Shown: positions 1-7,906 of the stretch, one piece after another
Layout of the letters: each line of letters begins with the position of its first letter
Numbering within the stretch: position 1 is the stretch's first letter
Virus record (IMG/VR): IMGVR_UViG_3300027265_000007
Coordinates: 1-38,569 of that record
Strand: one strand, 5' to 3'
Length of the DNA: 38,569 nt
Source: a virus
Taxonomy: Duplodnaviria; Caudoviricetes
Translations under genes and position numbers: made by a program
The notes under the pieces: generated by a model
Seen by the model: the letters and a program-made list of their open reading frames with translations, nothing else
The model's database searches: none
Told to the model about the DNA's origin: nothing

Positions 1-650
1 GGGCCAGTCCCGTGTCCTGGCGGGTCATAGCCAAGCATAGTCAGGTCCACCGGCCCCAGCAGCGGTTCCATGCTCACGAACCGGACGGCTGCCGGTGTCT
101 GAAGCAGCAGCGGTATACGCCGATCCGCCGACGCCTGGCCTTCGGCTGTGACGCCCAGCCAGACGTTGGGCAGCGGCCAGTCAAAGCGGACGGAATCCAG
201 CTGACGGTTGCACAGGTCCAGCATCCTGACTCGGACTTCAGCCGTCCGCAGGTAGGACAGCATCCGTTCAGGACGCTTCGTCAGCACCTGGTAGGTGTGC
301 TGGGGCGTGGCCGCCATCGTGGCCCAAAGCCGGTCCAGCACGTCATCAGGAACCTGGTCATGGAACGTGTCGGACAGGCTGTTGATGAAGATACGGCGGG
401 GCTTCTTCCACCGTAGTGCCTGGTCGATCCGCTCAGGCTTCAGGATGATCCGTTCAGACCACATCGTGCGGACGCCAGACTGTCCAGCCGAGTGGACAAC
501 GGCACCGGCAAGTTCACGGTGACCGAAGGACACCAGCCGATCCACCGCCCCAATGGCGTAGCAGTTCTGACACGCCGGTGACACCTTCTGGCATCCATAG
601 GCGAAGTTCAGCGTTGCGTCAGTCCAGGCTATGCTTGTCTTGTCGCTCAT
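1..650 (-). CDS. DUF5131 (phage Gp37/Gp68 family, radical-SAM-like) protein, 3' end runs off the window
   Basis: Not in the ORF track; translated by hand from ATG 650 (ATGA overlap with the upstream stop). Motifs: MSDKTSIAWTDATLNFAYGCQKVSPACQNCYA (CxxxxxxCxxC), WKKPRRIFINSLSDTFH, PQHTYQVLTKRPERM, WPLPNVWLGVTAE, VRFVSMEPLLGPVDL. Confidence 0.92.
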   Translation of the reverse strand, partial: MSDKTSIAWTDATLNFAYGCQKVSPACQNCYAIGAVDRLVSFGHRELAGAVVHSAGQSGVRTMWSERIILKPERIDQALRWKKPRRIFINSLSDTFHDQVPDDVLDRLWATMAATPQHTYQVLTKRPERMLSYLRTAEVRVRMLDLCNRQLDSVRFDWPLPNVWLGVTAEGQASADRRIPLLLQTPAAVRFVSMEPLLGPVDLTMLGYDPPGHGTG

Positions 651-1000
651 CGTGACACCACCTGGTAGTCAGGCGTGTATTCCAGGCGTGTGGACTGTTC
701 GCCACCGGACAGGTTGTTCCGCAGTTCCAGGGCCAGGTTGGTGATCTGGTGGTCACTCGGCATCATCGTGGCCACCTGGATGGCCCCACCGGCGAAGTCC
801 AGCCGGTGGACCAGCGGGGGCGGTCCTTCGGGCACGATGAAGGTGGGTAGGGGCTCAGGATCGGCTTCCAGCGTGTCCTTCATCCAGGCTTCGGCTGTCT
901 GCATGAACGGCACGGAAGACGGGACGCCACGGCTGGACTGAATGTCCATGGCCGCCTGGACGATCTGACGCCCTTGCTGCAACAGGTCCCAGTTCGTCAT
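647..1000 (-). CDS. hypothetical protein (117 aa)
   Basis: Fills the gap between the ATPase and DUF5131 genes with tight coupling at both ends. Confidence 0.75.
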   Translation of the reverse strand: MTNWDLLQQGRQIVQAAMDIQSSRGVPSSVPFMQTAEAWMKDTLEADPEPLPTFIVPEGPPPLVHRLDFAGGAIQVATMMPSDHQITNLALELRNNLSGGEQSTRLEYTPDYQVVSR

Positions 1001-1002
1001 GG

Positions 1003-2238
1003 CTACAGCACCCGCCCGTCTTCGATGACCACACCGGCCTTGTCACCGTCGCCAACACGTTCCACCCACACCTGGAAGTCATTGTCCGTGGCCATGGATT
1101 CCACCAGGGCCAGGTTCTCGGCGTCCAGCAGGGAACCGTCCGTGATCCGGATGACCCGCAGGGTGGGGTTCAGGGCCATGGCGATTGCCAGCGACACCTT
1201 CAGCTGTTCGGCGGAAGACGCCTGGCGGAACGGCACACCGTTGTAGGTCACGCCGTTGTCATCGAAGGACAGGCCATCAATGGGGAACTTGGCGGCAGCC
1301 AGGGCATCGGCCTTGGTCTGGTCCAGGTGGGCTATGGCTTCGTCCAGTTCGTCCCACTCGGCCTTGGCGTCCATCCAGGTCTTCTTGGCAGCGAAGTACG
1401 CCACGCCTTCACGGATGGCCTTGTTGGTGGCTTCGGCTTCGTCCATCTGGACCTTCAGGTGATCCACGTCAGCCTGAATGGCGTCCATGGGCCGCATGGT
1501 GTCCACGGACGCCTGGTAGACCTTCAGCCGGTCCTTGGCCGCCTTCAGTTCGGCGGTCAGGCGGTCAACGGTGGCCTGTTCGTTCCGCACATAGTCTTCC
1601 GCCCTGCCCCGTGCGTTGGCGGCTTCCACGGCCACCTGGTACTCAGACACCAGTGAGCCCATGGGAACTTCCACGGTGGGCAGGTCTTCGTAGGGCAGAC
1701 CGTTGGACGCCATGATGGGCATGGCTTCGAAGGCACCTTTGAAGCGGGTGGCTTCCTGGCCGATCAGGTGCCGCTTGTCATACATGGCCTGACGCTTCAT
1801 GGCCATGGACTCGGGGTCAAAGGGCAGTTCAACCAGGCCCATCAGCGTGGACACCTGGTCCTTGTCCCCCTGCTGGGTGAAGGCCAGCGGGTCAAAGGAC
1901 AGTTTGCCCACCAGCCGGTCCAGCAGTTCCTGGGGGCGGCCCTGGGGGACGCCGTTGGCGTCTTCCACCGTCAGGGACACCTTGTCCCCGTCCCACGTCC
2001 TGGTCACCTTCAGGTCACCCAGGTCCAGCGTCACACGGGCCTGGTCTTCGCCGTCACGGATCGGCCTGGGCGTGGAATGGGTGGCCGCTGACCACTTCAG
2101 GGCCATCCAGATGGAGTCAATGACCGATGACTTGCCCTGGGCGTTGCGGCCAGCCACGATCTGAATGGCCCCGTCCGGCGTGATCTCCACCGCCTTGAGC
2201 CGCTTCACGTTCTCAGCCGTCAACTGAACAATCTTCAT
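1003..2238 (-). CDS. SMC/Rad50-like ABC-type ATPase with central coiled coil
   Basis: Start moved to MKIVQL (2238) behind RBS GGGAAGGTGGG. Walker A GRNAQGKSS, signature-like ASSAEQ, Walker B/D-loop IRITDGSLLD, helical middle region. Confidence 0.88.
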   Translation of the reverse strand: MKIVQLTAENVKRLKAVEITPDGAIQIVAGRNAQGKSSVIDSIWMALKWSAATHSTPRPIRDGEDQARVTLDLGDLKVTRTWDGDKVSLTVEDANGVPQGRPQELLDRLVGKLSFDPLAFTQQGDKDQVSTLMGLVELPFDPESMAMKRQAMYDKRHLIGQEATRFKGAFEAMPIMASNGLPYEDLPTVEVPMGSLVSEYQVAVEAANARGRAEDYVRNEQATVDRLTAELKAAKDRLKVYQASVDTMRPMDAIQADVDHLKVQMDEAEATNKAIREGVAYFAAKKTWMDAKAEWDELDEAIAHLDQTKADALAAAKFPIDGLSFDDNGVTYNGVPFRQASSAEQLKVSLAIAMALNPTLRVIRITDGSLLDAENLALVESMATDNDFQVWVERVGDGDKAGVVIEDGRVL

Positions 2239-2291
2239 GCTGATTCCCACCTTCCCTGATGGATAGTTCTTCGGTTGGTTGTCACAGTACA

Positions 2292-2768
2292 CTACATGAT
2301 AGCGTAGTGCCAGCGTCTTCTGTTTGGCCGGTATCCTTCTTCGCCCTTGTTGCCTTCGGCGTACTCGGATTCGCCGTGCCAGATGATGAAGTCAGGCAGC
2401 GGCAGCTTCGGGGGCGTGGGATAGTCGATCCGCTGCCACTTCCCGAAGTTCACCAGCCAGTAGTACCGGCGAAGACCGGCACCGTTCCCCTGGACCTGGT
2501 AGGGCTGGACCTTGCCCAGCCCTTCCAGGACACCCAGGGCGTTTTCCACGTCCTGTGGCGTCAGGCTGTGTGCCTTGCCACAGTCGGGGCAGGTGATGAC
2601 TTCACCGGCCACCAGACGCTTCCACAGCGTCCTGGCGTCCCCATCGAAGCACCCGCTGTCTTCCGCTTCGGTCCAAAGGCCGATGTAGAACAGCCGTAGC
2701 CACGCCGGTAGGTCCGCCAGTTCACCGTCCGTGAAGAAGGACGGGTCAATCACCCGTTTCCGTGCCAT
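2292..2768 (-). CDS. phage replication initiator N-terminal domain protein (replisome-organizer/Lin1244-like), short form
   Basis: MARKRVIDPSFFTD, LRLFYIGLWTEAEDSG, LVNFGKWQRIDYPTP match phage Rep N-terminal winged-helix proteins. It sits directly after recT. Confidence 0.75.
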   Translation of the reverse strand: MARKRVIDPSFFTDGELADLPAWLRLFYIGLWTEAEDSGCFDGDARTLWKRLVAGEVITCPDCGKAHSLTPQDVENALGVLEGLGKVQPYQVQGNGAGLRRYYWLVNFGKWQRIDYPTPPKLPLPDFIIWHGESEYAEGNKGEEGYRPNRRRWHYAIM

Positions 2769-2773
2769 GGCCG

Positions 2774-3853
2774 TTACTCGGCAGCCTTGGCGGCCTTCGG
2801 GGCCGTCAGGGTCATATCGGGCTTCTGGCAGGAATCACACAGGGTGTGGAACAGGTCTTCTTCCTGACAGTCCGCTGACACCTGCTGGGTAGCCCCACAG
2901 GAACGGCAGTAGGCCGTCTGTTCCTTGGGCTGCTCAGGTTCGGGCTTGGTTTCGGCCTTCTTCTTGGCGGCCTTGGTCTGGGATGCCGCCGCTTCGGGCT
3001 TGGCGTCGGGCTGGGGCTCAGGATCGGTCTGACCCTTGGGCGGGGCATCCAGCATCCCGTCCAGCCACACGGCCCCCGCTGGCTTGCCTTCGATCACTTC
3101 CACTTCGGCGGCCTCCACTTCGGCCACCTTCTGGCGGACTTCCGTGGACACCGGCAGCCAACGCCATTCCTGGCGAACGATGGTCTTCAGTGCCATGGGG
3201 ATGGGGTTGGTCCGCCAGGGGCTGGTGTATTCCCCGTACTTCTTCAGGTCCAGGCCCTTGGCGAACTGGTCACGGTGGGCTTCAATCTGGGCCTTGGACA
3301 TAACCGCCAGGTGGTGGCCGCCGTTGACGAACTTGGCCACCAGATACACATGGGTCAGGTTGTCCCACGTCTGTTCCCCGTCGCCAGGGACGTGGTGCAG
3401 GTCATCCTTGAGCCCGAACGAATACCGGAAGTCGTCACCTTCGAAGACCGGCCTGGCCACGATGGACTTCATTTCACCGGACCGCCTGGACAGTTCGATC
3501 ATGCCCATGTAGCCGATCTGGAACGTGGCTTCAGTCCCGTAGGGGACCATGTGGGCGTTGTTCGGCACAGCTAGGTCAAGGCCCAACTGGGCGGACCGGA
3601 TGACGCAATCCACCAGGGACTCAGGGCTGCACTCCAACAGCTTGGGGTTCTTCCGGATCATCAGGAACGCCACCGTGGCCAGACGCTCAGGTGTCATACC
3701 GGCTTCAGGCAGGGCCTGGGTGATCCGGTTCATGTTCTTGGCGATCACGGACTGGATGGACGCCACCGGCGTCATGGCCGTCTGCTGTTGCGTGGCCAGT
3801 TCCTGTGACTGTTCCCTGACCCGCTGGTGCAGTTCTCTTGGATCGGTTGTCAT
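2774..3853 (-). CDS. recT: RecT family single-strand annealing protein with C-terminal Zn-finger-like tail
   Basis: NPKLLECSPESL, AQLGL, AHMVPYG, FQIGYMG, V.EGD.F, SPW....MALKT, WLPVS. Start MTTDPR (3853) behind GGGAAGGTGGG. C-terminal CxxC...CxxC. Confidence 0.93.
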   Translation of the reverse strand: MTTDPRELHQRVREQSQELATQQQTAMTPVASIQSVIAKNMNRITQALPEAGMTPERLATVAFLMIRKNPKLLECSPESLVDCVIRSAQLGLDLAVPNNAHMVPYGTEATFQIGYMGMIELSRRSGEMKSIVARPVFEGDDFRYSFGLKDDLHHVPGDGEQTWDNLTHVYLVAKFVNGGHHLAVMSKAQIEAHRDQFAKGLDLKKYGEYTSPWRTNPIPMALKTIVRQEWRWLPVSTEVRQKVAEVEAAEVEVIEGKPAGAVWLDGMLDAPPKGQTDPEPQPDAKPEAAASQTKAAKKKAETKPEPEQPKEQTAYCRSCGATQQVSADCQEEDLFHTLCDSCQKPDMTLTAPKAAKAAE

Positions 3854-3876
3854 GCTGGTTCCCACCTTCCCGTGTG

Positions 3877-4860
3877 CTATGCCTTCCCAGGCGTTACCGT
3901 GAACCGCTCAGACGGGTTGTGGCTGGTGTGACGTGCCACCACGTCAGGCACTTCAGCCGTGATCCCGTCCAGGTCAACCTTCTTCTTCGGGAAGCGTGAC
4001 CAGTTGCAGGTGGCGGTTCCCACCTTGACCTTGGCCGCTTCGCCCATCAGGGCCTTCAGGTTGGACTTGGCCCGATCCTTCAGGGCCTTGCCGTTCGCTT
4101 CGGTCTGATGACCTTCCAGGTACTCCGTTGCCCATCGTACAGCTTCGGCATCGTCGGACAAGTCCAGGACAGCATCCTTGTTGGCGTTGGGGAACATGGC
4201 CAGCAGGGCCGACGCTTCATCACTGTGGCCGGTCAGGTCGGGCATCCGGTTGGTCACAACCAGGTCCCAGAATCGGCCTTCCAGTTCGGCCAGGGCGGCC
4301 CCCAACTCGGCGTCCCGCATGATGGTGTAGTACCGGTCATCCTGGCCGCCGATCAGCACGGCCACATCGAAGAAGTCAAAGCGCGTGACTTCCAGGTAGT
4401 GCTGGACCTGAAGCTGGTAGTGATCGGGCACCCCATCATCGGCCCCGTCTTCGCCCCAGGTCTGGCCAGGGAAGAAGCCAGCGGTCTTGATTTCCAGGCC
4501 GCCCCGCCCACGCTCAGGGCAGGTCACCAGCCGGTCAAGGGTTGCCAGCATGAACGGGTATTCCTTGGACCGCAGGACGGCGGATTCCCGCCTGACCTTC
4601 ACGGACGGGTTCCGCTTGGCGTACTCGGCGGCCAGGACCGGTTCAAGGATGTTGCCCCACCGGACGGCTGCCACATCGGATATGTCTTCCGGTTCGGTTG
4701 CGCCGGTCTTCTCCATCCACAACTGAAGCGGGGACTTCCACGGGCTCAGGCCAGCCACCACGGGGGCGTCCGATCCGCCCACGCCGGTCTTCCTGATCTC
4801 CAACCAGTGGGCTTCATCCTTGACCTTCAGACGGTCAAAGGGTGTTGGTGCAGTTGCCAT
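3877..4860 (-). CDS. YqaJ-like viral recombination exonuclease
   Basis: WLEIRKTGVGGSD, SPWKSPLQLW.EKTG, WGNILEP, LATLDR, GLEIKT, YQLQVQHY. Adjacent to recT. Start moved to 4860 on RBS spacing. Confidence 0.93.
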   Translation of the reverse strand: MATAPTPFDRLKVKDEAHWLEIRKTGVGGSDAPVVAGLSPWKSPLQLWMEKTGATEPEDISDVAAVRWGNILEPVLAAEYAKRNPSVKVRRESAVLRSKEYPFMLATLDRLVTCPERGRGGLEIKTAGFFPGQTWGEDGADDGVPDHYQLQVQHYLEVTRFDFFDVAVLIGGQDDRYYTIMRDAELGAALAELEGRFWDLVVTNRMPDLTGHSDEASALLAMFPNANKDAVLDLSDDAEAVRWATEYLEGHQTEANGKALKDRAKSNLKALMGEAAKVKVGTATCNWSRFPKKKVDLDGITAEVPDVVARHTSHNPSERFTVTPGKA

Positions 4861-4884
4861 CGTGCTTCCCACCTTCCCAGGGCT

Positions 4885-5097
4885 CTACAGGCCCCACTGG
4901 TCTGGCGTCCAGACCTTCTGTTCCTTCGTGGCGTGGCCCTGATCGTCCATGGTTGTGATGACGACGATGGGCCTGGGGGCTTCGGGCTTGTTCACCCGCT
5001 TCTCAGCAGCCTGGGGCGTCATACCCCATGCCCTGGCCAGGTCTGCCGTGGTGATCCCACGGGTGACCTTCTTGGCGTGTCTGACTTCTACCGGCAT
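4885..5097 (-). CDS. small helix-turn-helix DNA-binding protein (Cro/excisionase-like)
   Basis: ITTADLARAWGMTPQAAEKRV is HTH-like; RBS GGGAAGGGGTG upstream. Confidence 0.6.
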   Translation of the reverse strand: MPVEVRHAKKVTRGITTADLARAWGMTPQAAEKRVNKPEAPRPIVVITTMDDQGHATKEQKVWTPDQWGL

Positions 5098-5164
5098 TTG
5101 CGTTCACCCCCTTCCCAGGTTGGTTGTTGCGCTCAGTTGGATGATACACAGAACCACATGAAAG

Positions 5165-5300
5165 CGGAAGCCCCGTCAGTCACAGCCTACAGCCCTTCGG
5201 CTTACGGCTTCCCTGACGGGGCAACCTGGACGCTACCTGGGAAGGTGGGCCAGACTCGGGGGCCTGGAACCGGCGTCAGGGGTAGTGTACCCCACCTTCC
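5165..5300 (-). ncRNA. putative structured sRNA or leader switch carrying the anti-RBS sequence CCCACCUUCCCAGGU
   Basis: Non-coding gap with nested inverted repeats (5170-5179/5213-5222, 5211-5218/5274-5281, 5240-5249/5291-5300) and a sequence complementary to the shared RBS of several genes. Function is inferred. Confidence 0.4.
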
Positions 5301-5311
5301 TGTCATTCGTT

Positions 5312-5689
5312 CTACTGTGCAGCTAGGTCCGTGGAAGGCGTCTGGTCAACGTAAGTGACCCCATCGTCCATCATGGCCCTGGCCGTTCTCAGGATGGTGT
5401 CCCAGTAGGTCATCCGGTCCAGGTCTTCCCTTGCTTCCTTCATCAGATGCTTGGCGTCCCTGATCCTGGTTCGGGCCCCACGGGCAAGGCCGCTGGTTGC
5501 ATCGTCAACCAGGCTGTCAATGACCACCTGTTGGGCCATGGACAGTTCCTTCATGCTGTCCATCCGGAAGTCACTGATTCGGGTGATGGCCAGGCCCACC
5601 ACGTCTGACAGGTCCCACTGGTGAATGACCGTGCTGTGGTCTTCGATGATCCGCTCAATGGCTTCCACGGTGTAGTGGTCATGCTTCAT
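5312..5689 (-). CDS. hypothetical protein (125 aa, helical)
   Basis: RBS GAAGGGGG upstream; second gene of the early unit. Confidence 0.75.
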   Translation of the reverse strand: MKHDHYTVEAIERIIEDHSTVIHQWDLSDVVGLAITRISDFRMDSMKELSMAQQVVIDSLVDDATSGLARGARTRIRDAKHLMKEAREDLDRMTYWDTILRTARAMMDDGVTYVDQTPSTDLAAQ

Positions 5690-5692
5690 GGT

Positions 5693-6004
5693 CTACCGGC
5701 CCCCTTCGTAGCAGGACTTCGTGAATGTCAGACCGTCATCAGCGGCTTCAGGGTCTTCCGCCGTGGGACAGTCCATGCCCATGCTGAAGGCCGAACAGGT
5801 GTCTGCCTCCGTGCAGCAGTTCGGCCATGACAGCGGTTGTGACTGGTCTTCGGATTCCTTGGCACTGAAGGCCACGGCACCGGTCAAGAACTTTGCCCCC
5901 TGACTTATCGCCTGGTCAGCGTCAGCCGCTTCAACACAGACGGTCCCCAGATAGCCGTCTTCGAACAGGGCTGACTTGGAATACCCATTGACGCCGTATC
6001 GCAT
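5693..6004 (-). CDS. hypothetical acidic, Cys-containing protein; first gene after the early promoter
   Basis: Start moved to MRYGVNG (6004) behind GGGAAGGTGGG. The track's TTG start at 6073 is the -35 hexamer. Confidence 0.75.
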   Translation of the reverse strand: MRYGVNGYSKSALFEDGYLGTVCVEAADADQAISQGAKFLTGAVAFSAKESEDQSQPLSWPNCCTEADTCSAFSMGMDCPTAEDPEAADDGLTFTKSCYEGGR

Positions 6005-6043
6005 AGTGCCCACCTTCCCAGTGGTAGAACGATTCGTCTGCAC

Positions 6044-6073
6044 AGTATCTTCCCAGTGGACTGTGTGTGTCAA
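6044..6073 (-). promoter_or_regulatory. sigma70/SigA-type early promoter
   Basis: TTGACA (6073-6068), 18 nt spacer, GATACT (6049-6044), just downstream of a terminator hairpin. Confidence 0.7.
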
Positions 6074-6087
6074 CCATCCACACCGGC

Positions 6088-6125
6088 AGAGAAGAAGGCC
6101 CCCACCTGGACAGCAGGGGCCTTCT
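6088..6125 (-). terminator. intrinsic terminator ending the lysis/late transcript
   Basis: 10-bp inverted repeat AGAAGGCCCC (6093-6102)/GGGGCCTTCT (6116-6125) with a pyrimidine-rich tail on the minus strand. Confidence 0.6.
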
Positions 6126-6156
6126 CACACAGGTAGGCAGATGATCTGCCGTGGGC

Positions 6157-6402
6157 TCAGGATACGGGCAAGCCCGTGTCAGCGTCCAGCCAGCCTTCGG
6201 GGACCGCCTGGATGACCACGCCCTGGCCTTCCAGGTAACCGGCCCCGTCCTTCAGTTCGTAGGCGTCCTGATCGGGTCGGCTGCTGTGCCACTTCTTCAG
6301 GACCGTCAGGGCGTCGGGACCCTTGACCGTGGCCATGACTTCGAACGAAGGATGACCGGCCAGGCGTTTGACGATCTGCCAGACGGGGCGGGGGGCAGCC
6401 AT
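6157..6402 (-). CDS. hypothetical protein (81 aa)
   Basis: TGATG overlap with the holin stop. Confidence 0.65.
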   Translation of the reverse strand: MAAPRPVWQIVKRLAGHPSFEVMATVKGPDALTVLKKWHSSRPDQDAYELKDGAGYLEGQGVVIQAVPEGWLDADTGLPVS

Positions 6403-6659
6403 CAGTCAGTCCCGCCGTAGCTGCCGATCCGCTTGGCCACGTCCACGCCCTTCTTGGGGCGGTTCATCCACCAGGCGGCCACGGCTGACACGCCAAGGAC
6501 CACGCCCTGACGCCACAGGAATGACCAGTCCCAGATGCCGCCCTGGGCGTAGACCTGGGCCACGGTGATGAACGCCAGGCATAGGACGCCCATGAACGTC
6601 TGCCAGGCCGTCCTGATGGCCTTCCAGGTGGCTTCCGTCATCCACTCGGGCTTCTTCAC
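6402..6659 (-). CDS. putative holin (two TM segments, r1t-holin-like)
   Basis: Start moved to GTG 6659 behind GGAAGGGG. KAIRTAWQT followed by two hydrophobic segments and a basic tail; follows the endolysin. Confidence 0.72.
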   Translation of the reverse strand: MKKPEWMTEATWKAIRTAWQTFMGVLCLAFITVAQVYAQGGIWDWSFLWRQGVVLGVSAVAAWWMNRPKKGVDVAKRIGSYGGTD

Positions 6660-6672
6660 AGCAGACCCCTTC

Positions 6673-7446
6673 CTATCGGTGGTCAAGGATGACCGGCCAG
6701 GTTGCCGGTCCCACGATCCCGTCAGCGTCCAGGCCGTGCTTCTTCTGGAACGTGATGACGGCCTTCTTGGTGACGGGCCCGTAGACCCCATCATCATCTA
6801 CGCCCACCACTCGCTGGACGATCTTGACGTAATGGCCGGTGTCACCCGCAGACAGCACCGGCAGCTTCTTGTGCGGCTTGGGCTTGGGCGGCCTGGGCTT
6901 CCCAGGCTGGACGTACTCCACACCGTAGAACCGGCACAGCCCCTGGATGATGCCTTCTGCCACTTCGGTCTGGAACACGGGGTCCTTCAGCTTGGCGTCC
7001 GAGACTCTCAAGACTTCCACGATGGTGGCTGGCATACCGGTTCCCCGCAGGACCGCCAGGCCACGCCGGTCCGTATACAGCTTCACGTCATCCCTGGCCG
7101 CCGTGATCGGGTCCAGTTCGTCCAGGATGAAGTCCCCAAGCCGCCAGGACGCCTTGGTGTCATGGTTTGTGGGGGTGATGGCTGCCATGCCATCGAAGCC
7201 CTTGGACCAGTCGCTGTGGACGCTCACGAACACGTCAGCACCTTCAGCGTTGGCCTTCTTCGCCCGATCCGCCAGAAGGATGGTCCGGTCCGTGGTCCTG
7301 GTGGTGAACGGGTCCCATCCCTGACGCTTGGCAGCCGCCACACACTTCAGCGTGATGGCCAGATTGGTGTCATCTTCGTGGACCAGACCAACGGCCCCAG
7401 GATCGGAACCGCCGTGCCCAGCGTCGAAGTGTGGACGATGTACCAT
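6673..7446 (-). CDS. endolysin: N-acetylmuramoyl-L-alanine amidase (Amidase_3) plus PG_binding_1 domain
   Basis: DAGHGGSDPGA, HE, FVSVH, PATIVE; Pro/Lys linker; DGVYGPVTKKAVITFQKKHGLDADGIVGPATW. Confidence 0.95.
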   Translation of the reverse strand: MVHRPHFDAGHGGSDPGAVGLVHEDDTNLAITLKCVAAAKRQGWDPFTTRTTDRTILLADRAKKANAEGADVFVSVHSDWSKGFDGMAAITPTNHDTKASWRLGDFILDELDPITAARDDVKLYTDRRGLAVLRGTGMPATIVEVLRVSDAKLKDPVFQTEVAEGIIQGLCRFYGVEYVQPGKPRPPKPKPHKKLPVLSAGDTGHYVKIVQRVVGVDDDGVYGPVTKKAVITFQKKHGLDADGIVGPATWPVILDHR

Positions 7447-7462
7447 GCCGGTCACCTGCCTT

Positions 7463-7876
7463 CTACCTAGTGGCCACGGCCAAAGCTATGGCGTGGCCTA
7501 TCCACTTGAAGAACCACACGGCACTGGGGATCACGGCGGCTGTCACAAGGATGCCACCCACCCAGATACCGGCCTTCCACATGATTGACACTCGGCTGAC
7601 CAGGACGGTGGCACCGGCCACGGGGTCTTCCTTGCCGCCAATGGCGTAGGCAACCGTCAGGACCTTGTTCACGTCCGGTCTGGTGGGACACGTCAGGGCC
7701 CTGTCAAGGCTTTGCTTGTCCAGGGCTTCCTTCAGACCCTTCAGGATGGTGGCCGTTTCGATCTGTGCCAGGGCCACGTCACTGACCTGTCCGTGTACGT
7801 CGCCAACCTGACCACGGACGTTGGCCAGTTCATCGTAGATTCGCTTCAGGTCTTCCTGTGTCGCTTCGCCAGCCAT
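7463..7876 (-). CDS. lysis-cassette membrane protein (coiled coil plus one C-terminal TM segment)
   Basis: Heptad-like N-terminus, hydrophobic AGIWVGGILVTAAVIPSAVWFF, immediately upstream of the endolysin. Confidence 0.65.
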   Translation of the reverse strand: MAGEATQEDLKRIYDELANVRGQVGDVHGQVSDVALAQIETATILKGLKEALDKQSLDRALTCPTRPDVNKVLTVAYAIGGKEDPVAGATVLVSRVSIMWKAGIWVGGILVTAAVIPSAVWFFKWIGHAIALAVATR

Positions 7877-7906
7877 GTTCCGGTGTCCTTTGGTCGGGAT
7901 CGGTCC

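Noticed and set aside
5313-6047. Invertible segment bounded by 10-bp inverted repeats
   Set aside because: No recombinase/invertase is in the window and the repeats are short; an operator reading is more economical.
6136-6150. Perfect palindrome GGCAGAT-G-ATCTGCC
   Set aside because: I saw only a single copy, so no function can be supported.
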